64,000 nucleotides of DNA from Promethearchaeota archaeon. GTDB taxonomy: Archaea; Asgardarchaeota; Lokiarchaeia; Sigyniarchaeales; SOKP01. The first letter of the stretch is position 1, and each line of letters begins with the position of its first letter. The notes under the pieces are model-generated. The model was not told where the DNA came from, searched no databases, and was given only the letters and a program-made list of their open reading frames with translations. The translations under genes were made by a program, and so were the position numbers. The DNA lies in the NCBI GenBank assembly GCA_019058245.1, contig JAHPZJ010000025.1, forward strand, positions 28,408 to 92,407, in the 5' to 3' direction. Below, piece by piece: positions 41,619-51,344 of the stretch.

Positions 41619-42242
41619 ATGAGTCCCATAATTACACATGAAGATGAAATTGAGCTTGCAAGGACTGAGAAGGAACTAGTCTCCCAATTTAAAAAATTAG
41701 CTAAAAGGCAGAGCGCACTTATAGATTCCCAAAAAAGATATGCAGAGAACCTAACTCGAACGAATATTACTAGAGATATGGTAAATCGAACTTTTAGAGA
41801 TGTATTAAAACAAATGGAAACTCTTGCTCGAGAACATAGATCCAATATTAAAGATGAAGAGGTAAAGTTATTCAAAGAAATAATCGAAAAAAATGACGAT
41901 TTCATTAAAGCTAATAATACATATCTTAATGCAATTAAAGATATTGCAGCACAAAAGGAGTATTTAGTTCAAAAAAAAGTTGAATTTGCAGATGCTTTGG
42001 ATAGTGTTGCAAGTAGAAGATCTACTGTGATTAGAAAAGCTCTAGATGTTGAAAAGGCGAAAAATAAATTAATCGATGGAGATAAATTAAATATCCTTGA
42101 CCAACAACTGAATGATGTTCAAAGAGAATTTGATAGAGCACGAGATATACTATTAAAAAAAATATATCAGTTCACTGAAGTAAGAGATGAGATTAACGCA
42201 CTATGGATTAAATTAAAAGATACTGTAACAGAATTAAATTAG
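41619..42242 (+). CDS. All-helical coiled-coil protein, BAR-domain-like
   Basis: 207 aa with three long amphipathic helices and an SNX-BAR-like pattern. Confidence 0.6.
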   Translation: MSPIITHEDEIELARTEKELVSQFKKLAKRQSALIDSQKRYAENLTRTNITRDMVNRTFRDVLKQMETLAREHRSNIKDEEVKLFKEIIEKNDDFIKANNTYLNAIKDIAAQKEYLVQKKVEFADALDSVASRRSTVIRKALDVEKAKNKLIDGDKLNILDQQLNDVQREFDRARDILLKKIYQFTEVRDEINALWIKLKDTVTELN

Positions 42243-42362
42243 AAAAAAAATCACACTTTTTTTATATTTTTTAAAAAAAACTGAGCTTAAACTTAAATTT
42301 ATTAAATTAAAATCCATTAAATTATTAGTAAAAATAAAAAATATGTAATATAAAGAATTAAA

Positions 42363-42830
42363 ATGTGTGCCGAAGAATTTGCAAGTTTCTTAGATAGCAC
42401 TCGAAAAGCGCCTTTGGAAGAAAAGCTAAATGCATTTGGCGATATCATTGAAAAGATAATGTCAATTGTTCTACGTATACCAGATTTAGTAGATCAATCT
42501 ATTGGTTCTGTAAACGATAAGGTTTCGAATTTACAAAATCAAATAAATTCTTTAAATAACCAAATTACATCTCTACAATCTAGATCAGGAACGGCTCCAG
42601 GAGCACCCGCTCCAGCTACACGTGCTCCAGGTGGTCCATCAGGTAGCCCACCAGGACCTCCACCACCTACACCGGGTGGTCCTCCAGGCGGTCCCCCGGG
42701 TGGTCCTCCAGGTGGCCCCCCAGGTGGTCCCCAAGGTCCTAGTCGTCCAGCTAGTCCAGTTTCGCTTAGAGGGGCTATAATGGGAGAACTAAAACAGTTG
42801 TTTGCTAAGAGAAAAAGTCAATCTGACTAA
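42363..42830 (+). CDS. Coiled coil + GGPP polyproline repeats + C-terminal amphipathic basic helix
   Basis: PPGPPPPTPGGPPGGPPGGPPGGPPGGP followed by SLRGAIMGELKQLFAKRK; GC-rich repeat at about 42590-42750. Confidence 0.88.
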   Translation: MCAEEFASFLDSTRKAPLEEKLNAFGDIIEKIMSIVLRIPDLVDQSIGSVNDKVSNLQNQINSLNNQITSLQSRSGTAPGAPAPATRAPGGPSGSPPGPPPPTPGGPPGGPPGGPPGGPPGGPQGPSRPASPVSLRGAIMGELKQLFAKRKSQSD

Positions 42831-43024
42831 ATAATATTATCAAACAACAAATATAATTAATCTTTTTTCTAGTTGAAAAACTCTCTTATGATACCTAGTT
42901 TAATTTGAAATTTAATTATAATTAATTTCAACATCAGATTTTCTGAAAAAATTTCAATTAAAATTAAAAATTTTAGAAACCTACCTTACTAAATCCCAAG
43001 TTTAAAGTAAATAGGTTAAGGTAA

Positions 43025-44779
43025 TTGGAACCTTCAAAAGAGTTATCGATAAAAATTGCAAGTGTTAGAGTATGCCATGACTTGCAAAGACAGATACTCG
43101 AAATGACTTCTTTTTTAAGAGTAATGAATAATTTTTATAAAAGAAAAATAGAGCTCCAAAATCGAGTAAAACCATTGATACTAAGAAAGTTTAAAGAAGA
43201 AATAAAAAAGAATAATAATAATGAATATTGGCTTCATTCCTTACCAATTGCCTTAAATATATTGAGTAAAGATTTTTTAAAAAAAGAAGATTCTTTTAAA
43301 TTTCCCGATATCATTATCCTATTTGAATCATGGATGCATTTAGGTATTAAAGCTCTTTATCCTCGAATTGCCCTTCAATTTCAATTTCCCGGATTATTTA
43401 AAGGTGAAAAAGTAAGGAATCTTTTTCAATTTATTTATTCTACTTCTCGTGGCTTCGGTTTTCCCATATATTTTGGGCCAGAATTCTACTCCTATAAGTT
43501 CAAGTTAGCTCGTATTTTAGATCCATTATTAAAATGGAGTTATACTGTTTGCCATCGAGCAAATCAAGCTATTATGCTTGGGAATAAACTTTTAAAATCT
43601 AAAAGACATCATCCAGGTGAATATGAATCAGTTATAATATCCGAATTTACAAATAATATCTTTAAAGGAATTGATACAATTTTACATGGATATTTTAAAA
43701 ATGAAGCAAAAGATTTAGGTAAATTTTCTTCCTTAAACGATGTCCTTTCAAATTCTACTTTTTATTATTCTATTGGAGATCATGCTATTAGAATTGAAAG
43801 AGACAATTCAAATAAAGTTTTATCGGTTCCTCTAATGACTCATGAATTTATTGTAAAAAATTATTCGGTTGATTTCAATTTTTACGTTAAAACACTCTTA
43901 GAAGTAAATAAAGAGTTAATCAAAAAAATAAATCACTATAGAGAACTGAGGAATAATCTTATAAGTAAATTAAAGAAGAAAGAAAAAGTCAAATTATGGA
44001 CGGAACAATCGAAGCATTTTGCGAAAAAAATTGCGAGAATGTCCAGAAAACTCTCAAAAAAATATCCAATTATTGACATTTATAGCCACTATAAAACACT
44101 ATTAGAAAAAATTAGAGAAATCTTATTTACCACACCACTCTATATGCATGTAATTCATTTTCCTGAAGAACGTCAGGATCTTTCTAAAAAATCACCCAAA
44201 AAAAGAGAAGAATTTGATATGCCTAAAAAAGAATCAGGTGATTCAAAAATCTTGACATTCATTAAAAATTATGAACGGACACATAACTTTAATTTTGAGG
44301 AAGTAGAAGTTATAGGTGAACTTGAGAAATTACAAAACATTATTACCAAAATGTGGATAACATTCAAAGATAATCATTTTAGATTTGCTATGAATGAATT
44401 AAATACATTATCTACGTTTAGTATAAATGATAGGAATTATGAAGTTAAAATTAATGAACTTTTGGACAAAATTCTTCCTATTTTAGCTATATATGAGATA
44501 TTTAATAGACCTTTATTTAAATCAGTCTATCCAGAGTTGATACCACAAACCAAAAGACTTGGAACATATTTTGCTCGTTTTTTATCGTCAAAGTATAATC
44601 TTTTTGGTACTAATTTAATGAAAATATTTAATAGACTAGCTTTTCATAACTGGAGTTATCTCATAATTAAGAAAGAAATGAATCGGAGAGAATTTTTTAA
44701 TTATCTTCTGAAATTACCAATCTGGAAATATATTCCTTCAAAATTAAAAACACAAATAATTGAACAAAATAATAATTGA
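43025..44779 (+). CDS. Hypothetical protein
   Basis: 584-aa ORF; no motif recognised. Confidence 0.75.
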   Translation: MEPSKELSIKIASVRVCHDLQRQILEMTSFLRVMNNFYKRKIELQNRVKPLILRKFKEEIKKNNNNEYWLHSLPIALNILSKDFLKKEDSFKFPDIIILFESWMHLGIKALYPRIALQFQFPGLFKGEKVRNLFQFIYSTSRGFGFPIYFGPEFYSYKFKLARILDPLLKWSYTVCHRANQAIMLGNKLLKSKRHHPGEYESVIISEFTNNIFKGIDTILHGYFKNEAKDLGKFSSLNDVLSNSTFYYSIGDHAIRIERDNSNKVLSVPLMTHEFIVKNYSVDFNFYVKTLLEVNKELIKKINHYRELRNNLISKLKKKEKVKLWTEQSKHFAKKIARMSRKLSKKYPIIDIYSHYKTLLEKIREILFTTPLYMHVIHFPEERQDLSKKSPKKREEFDMPKKESGDSKILTFIKNYERTHNFNFEEVEVIGELEKLQNIITKMWITFKDNHFRFAMNELNTLSTFSINDRNYEVKINELLDKILPILAIYEIFNRPLFKSVYPELIPQTKRLGTYFARFLSSKYNLFGTNLMKIFNRLAFHNWSYLIIKKEMNRREFFNYLLKLPIWKYIPSKLKTQIIEQNNN

Positions 44780-44792
44780 AGTTTACTGAGTA

Positions 44793-45402
44793 TTAAAATT
44801 CCAAAAATCCAGGATCATCAAAAATGTCGTCGATTTTACGTTCCTTTTTTATCTTGGTCTCACTTTCAGTAAACAAGGATTCCTCATCTGTACGAACTCC
44901 TCGTTCTAATTCTTCGGTATCTAATTTTAAAACTGTATCCTTTTCCAAACTCTTATATTTTTCGCTTTTTATTTTCCAGTCGTTAACCTCATCTAAATTA
45001 ACATCTTCTTCTTCTAATAGTACAGCAGCTTTAGTTTTACAAAGATCTGATAAAATTGAATAAGCTAATGCTAATTCACCCCATTCGTGATCATCTTTTA
45101 ATTTTTTTATTCTTTTCTCTAATCTTTGCAATTCTTGATCAGCATAATAAACATCAATAAAATCTCCGAATGCATCTACAGGTTCTGAAATAGAATTTAC
45201 TAATACTTCTTTTGTTAATCCACAATTTCCACATTTCACTGTAGCAAAAGCACCTTTCTTCTTTATATCAGTAACCTTAACACTTTTTTCACCGCATTCG
45301 AGGAAAGATCGGAATCCAATCTACTCATTCTGGGCAGGTGAAAATTTTAGGCACTCTCTTTACTCGTTTCGGTGATACTTGTTTACGCTTTCTTCTTCCC
45401 AT
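44793..45402 (-). CDS. elf1: Transcription elongation factor Elf1 with C-terminal extension; split by a 31-nt intron (exons 45402-45328 and 45296-44793)
   Basis: MGRRKRK...PKIFTCPE|CGEKSV...VKCGNCG...EPVDAFGDFID once 31 nt are removed; 192 aa spliced. Confidence 0.9.
45297..45327 (-). other. Putative BHB mRNA intron in elf1
   Basis: Central helix CCAG/CTCG, bulges AA|T and AA|T, inner helices GAG/TTC and AGATTGG/CCGATCT, outer exon helices GC/GC and TTCACC/GGTGAA. Confidence 0.8.
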
Positions 45403-45599
45403 TATTATCACTACTAATATCTAAAAAAATAGATCTTTATTCAATTAGAATAAAGATAAGGAAACCTAAAATATTTTTGCTTTTATGTTAGAAGTTTTTA
45501 GGGAATTAGTAAAATTTTTTAGGAATGTTTTATTATTTTATTTACTCTTTTTCACTGAAATGTTTTAGCAGTTTTAATTATAAGGAGTGGATTTTAGGC

Positions 45600-46700
45600 G
45601 TGGAACACAAAAATTTAACATTAGAACAAGATAAGAATTTAATCGATAACATTCTTGATAATGTAGATATGAAATATATCATTCTGTTTTTGTATGTCAT
45701 CAGAAATGATTTATTCAAAGATTTAACTAACGAAAGTATCAGAGAGTCATATGAGAGAGTGTTGGTATTAGATGAAATATATAAAAAAAACGTAATAAAT
45801 TTTTGGGATGAAGAATTTATCGAAAATTATATTGATTTAGGTTTAATTAAAAATATTAGAAGTATGAGAGAATTCCAACAAAAGGACGATGATTTTATTC
45901 TAAAGTTGGGAGAAGAAACTATAACCATTGAGAATGATACAATTTCTGTTCCCGATGATACACTCTATTTAATAATAAATAAGAAATTTAAATTCCTGAC
46001 AAGAAGGAATTTTAATTTAGCACTTACGAGATTAAAAGGTGTTCGATGTGAGAAGAGTAATATAATTCATCCATTAATTTATGGGATTGGTGAACATGAT
46101 TACACCTTATCTGATGATTTATACATCATATTAGATCAATATGGGAATATTTATCAAGCTATTAAAATTGAAGTTACAATTGAAGGATTTTATCAAAGAT
46201 TTAATGAAATTCAAGAAAAGATTAGCAAATATATAAAAATATTCGACCCTACATTAAATACAAAACCAGTAATGAAAAAAATAACAAAAGCATTAGAAGA
46301 AAATAAAGATATCATACAATACCTCAAGGATGAAAAAATAGAACTTTCAGATAAGTTTATTTTCGAGAAATTAAACAAAAACGATAGTATATTTCAAAAA
46401 TGGAATTCTCAACTATTATCATTACTAACAATTAGAAACAAAATAGAAAGATTAGATAAAAAATTAATAGAGTTAAAGAAATTCTATTCAGGTAAGAATA
46501 AAAAATATAGATATTTAGAATTTATTGAAAAAATTTCTTTTAATGAAGAAAACATCGTGGATACAATTCAAAATTTATTAATAGAATATCGAAAAGAATT
46601 AATTAAAATTAATGAAGATATTTCTGAAATAACGGAGAAGGAATTAAAATTATTAAATTTAGACTATGAAAGGTTAATAATAATGAGTAGTGAAGATTAA
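45600..46700 (+). CDS. Hypothetical protein, wHTH-like region + coiled coil (probable GTG start at 45600)
   Basis: GGAGTGG precedes the GTG; RRNFNLALTRL...DYTLSD helix-wing pattern; C-terminal heptads. Confidence 0.7.
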   Translation: MEHKNLTLEQDKNLIDNILDNVDMKYIILFLYVIRNDLFKDLTNESIRESYERVLVLDEIYKKNVINFWDEEFIENYIDLGLIKNIRSMREFQQKDDDFILKLGEETITIENDTISVPDDTLYLIINKKFKFLTRRNFNLALTRLKGVRCEKSNIIHPLIYGIGEHDYTLSDDLYIILDQYGNIYQAIKIEVTIEGFYQRFNEIQEKISKYIKIFDPTLNTKPVMKKITKALEENKDIIQYLKDEKIELSDKFIFEKLNKNDSIFQKWNSQLLSLLTIRNKIERLDKKLIELKKFYSGKNKKYRYLEFIEKISFNEENIVDTIQNLLIEYRKELIKINEDISEITEKELKLLNLDYERLIIMSSED

Positions 46701-46702
46701 AA

Positions 46703-47668
46703 ATGAAATGCCCTGCATGTAATATACAAATGCAACCATTAGTAGAGGGTATTTTTCAGTGTCCCCAATGCAAAAAAATAATTAAACAAAAAGATAAGGA
46801 ACTACAAACAAAGGAGAAAAAAGCAATTGAAGGCAGTGTTTTTCAAGATGGTGAATATTTTCATAAAAATGTAAGTTTGAATAAACAATATGAAATCTGT
46901 GAAAAAGGAATTACTATCAATAAGACCAGTAATAGACTATTCGCAGTACTAATTTGTCATAGTGCATATTTAAAGGATGAGAAATATGTGAGATTATCTT
47001 GGTGGAAAAATTACCAACATGCGGGAATGTTTAAAATTTATGATAAATATGTATTAAATAATCTTATCATTGCTTTAGAGAGAGTAGATGAATCTTTTGA
47101 TGATATTTGGAATTGGAAAGGTAAATTTGGGAAACAAGAACCCAAAACAGAAGAGGACTTGCAAAAGGAAAAGAATTTGGAGATTATAAAATATAGAATT
47201 CTTGAAAATAAAACATGTCCTAAATGTCAGAAAAAGATGGATAAAATGAAATCACATTATGAATGTCAACATTGTGGTGAAATCGTTATTTTAGAAGGTT
47301 ATAACCAACCGATATTCAATATTGCTCCGGGTGACCTTGATCTACGATTTCATGCTAATTTTCCAATAAATTATTATTTGCCAGTGAGTGGAATAACTCT
47401 TAAATGGTTGATGGGTGAATGGAAAGCATTAGCAGTAATTTTTTCGAAAGATAATCCAAATAAAAAATGGTTAAGATTCTATTGGTGGATAAGAGATTTA
47501 AGTAATATTTTAAAATTTGGACAGAGAGAAATGGGAAATGGTACTCAGATGGGGTGGAAAGCTCAAAAGGGTGTTTCATCTCCAAATCTTTATGAGAGAA
47601 ACTTAGTTAAACCTCTAATTAATGCTTTAAAGAATATATTAATTGAATTAGATTGGAAAATTAATTAA
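46703..47668 (+). CDS. Duplicated Zn ribbon + PC4/PUR-like domain protein
   Basis: Two CxxC...CxxC ribbons, each followed by related segments (GIT...YVRLSWW and GIT...WLRFYWW...WKAQKGVS). Confidence 0.7.
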   Translation: MKCPACNIQMQPLVEGIFQCPQCKKIIKQKDKELQTKEKKAIEGSVFQDGEYFHKNVSLNKQYEICEKGITINKTSNRLFAVLICHSAYLKDEKYVRLSWWKNYQHAGMFKIYDKYVLNNLIIALERVDESFDDIWNWKGKFGKQEPKTEEDLQKEKNLEIIKYRILENKTCPKCQKKMDKMKSHYECQHCGEIVILEGYNQPIFNIAPGDLDLRFHANFPINYYLPVSGITLKWLMGEWKALAVIFSKDNPNKKWLRFYWWIRDLSNILKFGQREMGNGTQMGWKAQKGVSSPNLYERNLVKPLINALKNILIELDWKIN

Positions 47669-47695
47669 AATTAATTTAGAAGCTAAGGGAAGAAA

Positions 47696-48835
47696 TTGTC
47701 AGAAATTCAAGATACTACATGGAAAGAGTTATTAAAAATCTTTCAAGATGGGCTTGAAAAAGCAATTGAAGAATTACAAAAAAGAGATGTAGAGAACATT
47801 CCAGGGGCAAAAGAAGCCTTGATTCAAAGATTAAATAATATGAAGCTTCATTTCCCAAAGAATAATGGAGAAATATTTTTAAAATCTATTAATGATAAAA
47901 TTCAAAATGCTTTTTTTCCTAATAGCACTAATTTCTCAGAAGCTTTTGAAAAAATATTAAAATCTAGAACACATGAGCAAGATTTTATAATTAATGAATT
48001 ATTAAATGGTTTTATAACTTCTAAAGCGAAAGCAATAGCATCAGGAAGTCAAGGACCGATAATAGATAGAATTGTTGAGGCCTTTAGTAAGAGAAATGAT
48101 TTTCATATCGTTGATCATCAATTTTTTGCCATGTTTGGCGATCCAAATAAACCACGTCACTATGTAAAAAAACAACTTGAAGAGCTTGTTAATATGTTTG
48201 GTCTTGTATCCAAAGAACTGGTAATTGAAAAAGATGTGAGAAGGAGTGAAGAAAAAATTTATACTTTTTACACATTTCCAGATGAAATCATAAAAATTCT
48301 TGAAGAGAAGTATTTAATAATTGATGAAAAACTAGGATATGCCTATGTTTCTGAAAATTTTGATAGAAATGTTTTTATATGTATGTTTTTGGCAAATATT
48401 GCTATAAATAGAGATAATATTGAAAAAATTGGTGGTTCTTATACAATTAATGGAATATCCGCAATTTTTGCATTAATCTTATTACTAAGTTTCATGCCAA
48501 AATTAAGAGCAGATGAAACTAATCCTGTTTTAAACGATCCAAATTTCGATGAAAAAAATATGAGTATAATTCCGAAATCTTGGATGATGAAACAGGTTTT
48601 AGAACCTCTATTTGAACCACTCATCAAAATCATTGCATATCGAATAGGAGGAGGATTATGGCTCTCAAAAATAATAGATTCAGAAATTAATAAGAAGATT
48701 CATACTCAAATAAGATTTCTTCTCAAGGATGTGAATAAATGGATTCTAGGGAATTTATGTCGAGTTGAGATTCCCATATTTATTGAAATATCTAATATAT
48801 TTACTGAAATTCTAGTAGGTTATGATGAACAATAA
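47696..48835 (+). CDS. Hypothetical protein with central wHTH-like segment
   Basis: RHYVKKQLEELVNMFGLV...YTF pattern; tightly spaced in the cluster. Confidence 0.7.
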   Translation: MSEIQDTTWKELLKIFQDGLEKAIEELQKRDVENIPGAKEALIQRLNNMKLHFPKNNGEIFLKSINDKIQNAFFPNSTNFSEAFEKILKSRTHEQDFIINELLNGFITSKAKAIASGSQGPIIDRIVEAFSKRNDFHIVDHQFFAMFGDPNKPRHYVKKQLEELVNMFGLVSKELVIEKDVRRSEEKIYTFYTFPDEIIKILEEKYLIIDEKLGYAYVSENFDRNVFICMFLANIAINRDNIEKIGGSYTINGISAIFALILLLSFMPKLRADETNPVLNDPNFDEKNMSIIPKSWMMKQVLEPLFEPLIKIIAYRIGGGLWLSKIIDSEINKKIHTQIRFLLKDVNKWILGNLCRVEIPIFIEISNIFTEILVGYDEQ

Positions 48836-48860
48836 AAAAAAATAAATTATTAACAAAAAA

Positions 48861-50168
48861 ATGAGCTATAAAAAAAAATCTACGAGGACTGTAAAATCAG
48901 GAAGAAAAAGAGAGAAATGGACAGATATTTTACCAAGATATCTGACCTTTATCAGTCACATGCGTCCTATCCTTAGAGAAACAAGAAGAATTATTATAAA
49001 TTTAGATGCAGATTTATTATTAGATACAGAAGTTTTAGATAAAATTCGTCAAGAAGAAGAAAAAAGAAATATACGTAAGGTTAGGGCTCTTTCAGAATTT
49101 TCCGCTATGTATAGATCAAATGTTTATGACATTATTAAAGACTTTATAATTAAATATAGAGAGAATATTCCTATAATAGATATTAAAGATTACATTTTAG
49201 ATTTTCTTCATGAATCTGTTGATGCTTTAAATGTATTGCGTCATATTACGAATCCAGATGAGCTTAATTTAGAGAATACCTACTTATACCAACTTGTAAA
49301 ATTTATTGAAAGTAAATTATTTCCAAGAGGAGCAAATCTTAAAATTATTTATAATAAATTAATACAGGAATCTATCGATTTTTATGAATGTCAACGACAT
49401 ATATTACAACCTCATACATTTTATCGGGAAAAATTAGAAAATCCCGATTATTTTGAAATTCCAGGGATATCTCCGAAAATATATCAAATAATTAATAATA
49501 TAACATCTCTTTATAATTTAGATCCTAATTTTGGAGAATTTCCCGAAAGAGAAAACTGTGAACTTCCAATAATTTTAAAGAATGATATATTTCTTCCTTA
49601 TGTAGATTCTATAGCAAATCCAGAAGAAGAGTCTATAGAAAAAATTGCTGAACGTATTGGATTACGCCTGCTTGATGAAATTTTTTTAGCTCCAGAGGAA
49701 GATTTTGTTGAATTGCTCTTAGAAAACAATTTTTTACGTGAAAACAAACAATCAGATGGAATTTTGAGATATTATCCACAATTTAGCAATGAAACTATGA
49801 TATTATATTATTTAGCTTTTGCTTCTCAAAGACGAGGTTTTCTCTCAAAAGAATTAGTTAATTGGATTTCAATGAATTTTGCATTCTTGATTTATATGAG
49901 TATTTTAAAATGGAAATTATCTGATGAAAACATCTTCTATGCTATTTTTAAAGATTTGCAGACAAATGAAAAAGTACTGCCTTATTTAATGAAACTTATA
50001 TGTTTTCCGAATTATTTGGGACTAGACAAGATGAAGATTCGAGATTCCGTCCAATATCGGAAAGAAATTTTTAATTTTATTGGATCTCAAATTGATAATT
50101 TAAAAGATTTAATTAATGAAACAGCTAATTATTGTAAAAATATTGATGAAAATAATAAAAAAAATTAA
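48861..50168 (+). CDS. Hypothetical helical protein with basic N-terminal tail
   Basis: 435-aa ORF starting MSYKKKSTRTVKSGRKR; tightly spaced in the cluster. Confidence 0.75.
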   Translation: MSYKKKSTRTVKSGRKREKWTDILPRYLTFISHMRPILRETRRIIINLDADLLLDTEVLDKIRQEEEKRNIRKVRALSEFSAMYRSNVYDIIKDFIIKYRENIPIIDIKDYILDFLHESVDALNVLRHITNPDELNLENTYLYQLVKFIESKLFPRGANLKIIYNKLIQESIDFYECQRHILQPHTFYREKLENPDYFEIPGISPKIYQIINNITSLYNLDPNFGEFPERENCELPIILKNDIFLPYVDSIANPEEESIEKIAERIGLRLLDEIFLAPEEDFVELLLENNFLRENKQSDGILRYYPQFSNETMILYYLAFASQRRGFLSKELVNWISMNFAFLIYMSILKWKLSDENIFYAIFKDLQTNEKVLPYLMKLICFPNYLGLDKMKIRDSVQYRKEIFNFIGSQIDNLKDLINETANYCKNIDENNKKN

Positions 50169-50189
50169 TCGAAAAAAAATTAGAGTATA

Positions 50190-51299
50190 ATGAGTAAACA
50201 AAAAACTGAAAAAGAAGAAAAAATTGTATTTTCCGATGATGTTATAAAAGAACGACTCGGAAAATATGGTGCGGTCTATTTTCCTTCAGATATTAAAGAA
50301 ACAGTAGATGATATTTTAGGAAATGAAACCAAAAAAGAAATCTTAAGTGATTTTTTTAAAGCGTTAAAAAAATATAATGAATTTACTGAAAGATTAAAAT
50401 ATACTAAGTTAGCTCCAAATCTAACTGTGCTTCTATATGGTCCTCCCGGAACAGGAAAAACTTCTTTAACAAGAGGTTTTGCTAAAGAACATAATATTCC
50501 TATGTGTGTAGTAGAATCTGATAGGCTTGTATCACCTTTACTTGGAGACACTATTAAAAACATCCGTGGAGTTATTGAACTTGCAGCTGAAATCGCTAAA
50601 GAACGAGGGGCCTTTGTATTATTTTTTGATGAAATTGACGCAATTGGCTCTGAGAGATCAAATATTCACGAAGTAGGAGAAATCAAACGCGCAGTAATTT
50701 CTTTTCTACAAGTTATAGATAAAACTAATTATGAAGGAGTCCCTCTTGCAATTTTTGGAGCGACTAATCATCAACATCAATTAGATTCGGCAATTTGGCG
50801 TCGTTTTACATTTCATTTTAAGTTTGATTTCCCAGAATTCCAACTAAGAAAAAAAATTATTGAATCATTTATGAATAAACTGAAAAAAGCAAAAATTGGA
50901 ATTGATGATTCAATTTATTCTAATTTAAACAATGAATATGAAGAAGTTCTAGTAATTTCTAAAGAATTAGAAGCTAAATTAGGATATAAAGTATCTGAAT
51001 TTGATAATAACATCTTATGGACAGAGTTTCGTAAAAAAAATAAAGTAGAAGGTCTTTTGGCATTAACATATGGATATTCTGGGTCGGATATTGAAAGAGG
51101 AACAAGAGTAGCAATATTAAAAGCTATTAATACAGAACTTTTGACATATGAACTTTTTTATAATTCCTTAAAGTTAGTTGGTGGCACAGCTATTCATGTT
51201 GATAGACAAGATATTTTAAGTGATTCACTCCCAAAAAAAAATCGTATAAGTAGACCTCTTAGGGATAAAAAGAGCATATCTGGTCCTCCTGAAATTTAA
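50190..51299 (+). CDS. Single-domain classic-clade AAA+ ATPase
   Basis: [21 protein letters not shown]...LDSAIWRRF and GYSGSDI. Confidence 0.93.
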   Translation: MSKQKTEKEEKIVFSDDVIKERLGKYGAVYFPSDIKETVDDILGNETKKEILSDFFKALKKYNEFTERLKYTKLAPNLTVLLYGPPGTGKTSLTRGFAKEHNIPMCVVESDRLVSPLLGDTIKNIRGVIELAAEIAKERGAFVLFFDEIDAIGSERSNIHEVGEIKRAVISFLQVIDKTNYEGVPLAIFGATNHQHQLDSAIWRRFTFHFKFDFPEFQLRKKIIESFMNKLKKAKIGIDDSIYSNLNNEYEEVLVISKELEAKLGYKVSEFDNNILWTEFRKKNKVEGLLALTYGYSGSDIERGTRVAILKAINTELLTYELFYNSLKLVGGTAIHVDRQDILSDSLPKKNRISRPLRDKKSISGPPEI

Positions 51300-51344
51300 A
51301 GATAACAAATAAAGAACGATTAGAATAGAATTAAATTAATAATT

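Noticed and set aside
42590-42750. GC-rich tandem repeats as a CRISPR array or non-coding repeat
   Set aside because: They are 12-nt coding repeats for GGPP with synonymous variation; there is no repeat-spacer structure. No CRISPR array or rRNA gene was seen in the window.
45325-45327. TGA at the Cys position of Elf1 CPE-C read as selenocysteine
   Set aside because: The downstream coding sequence is in another frame (31-nt insert), so Sec readthrough would not restore the protein; a normal TGC follows the insert.
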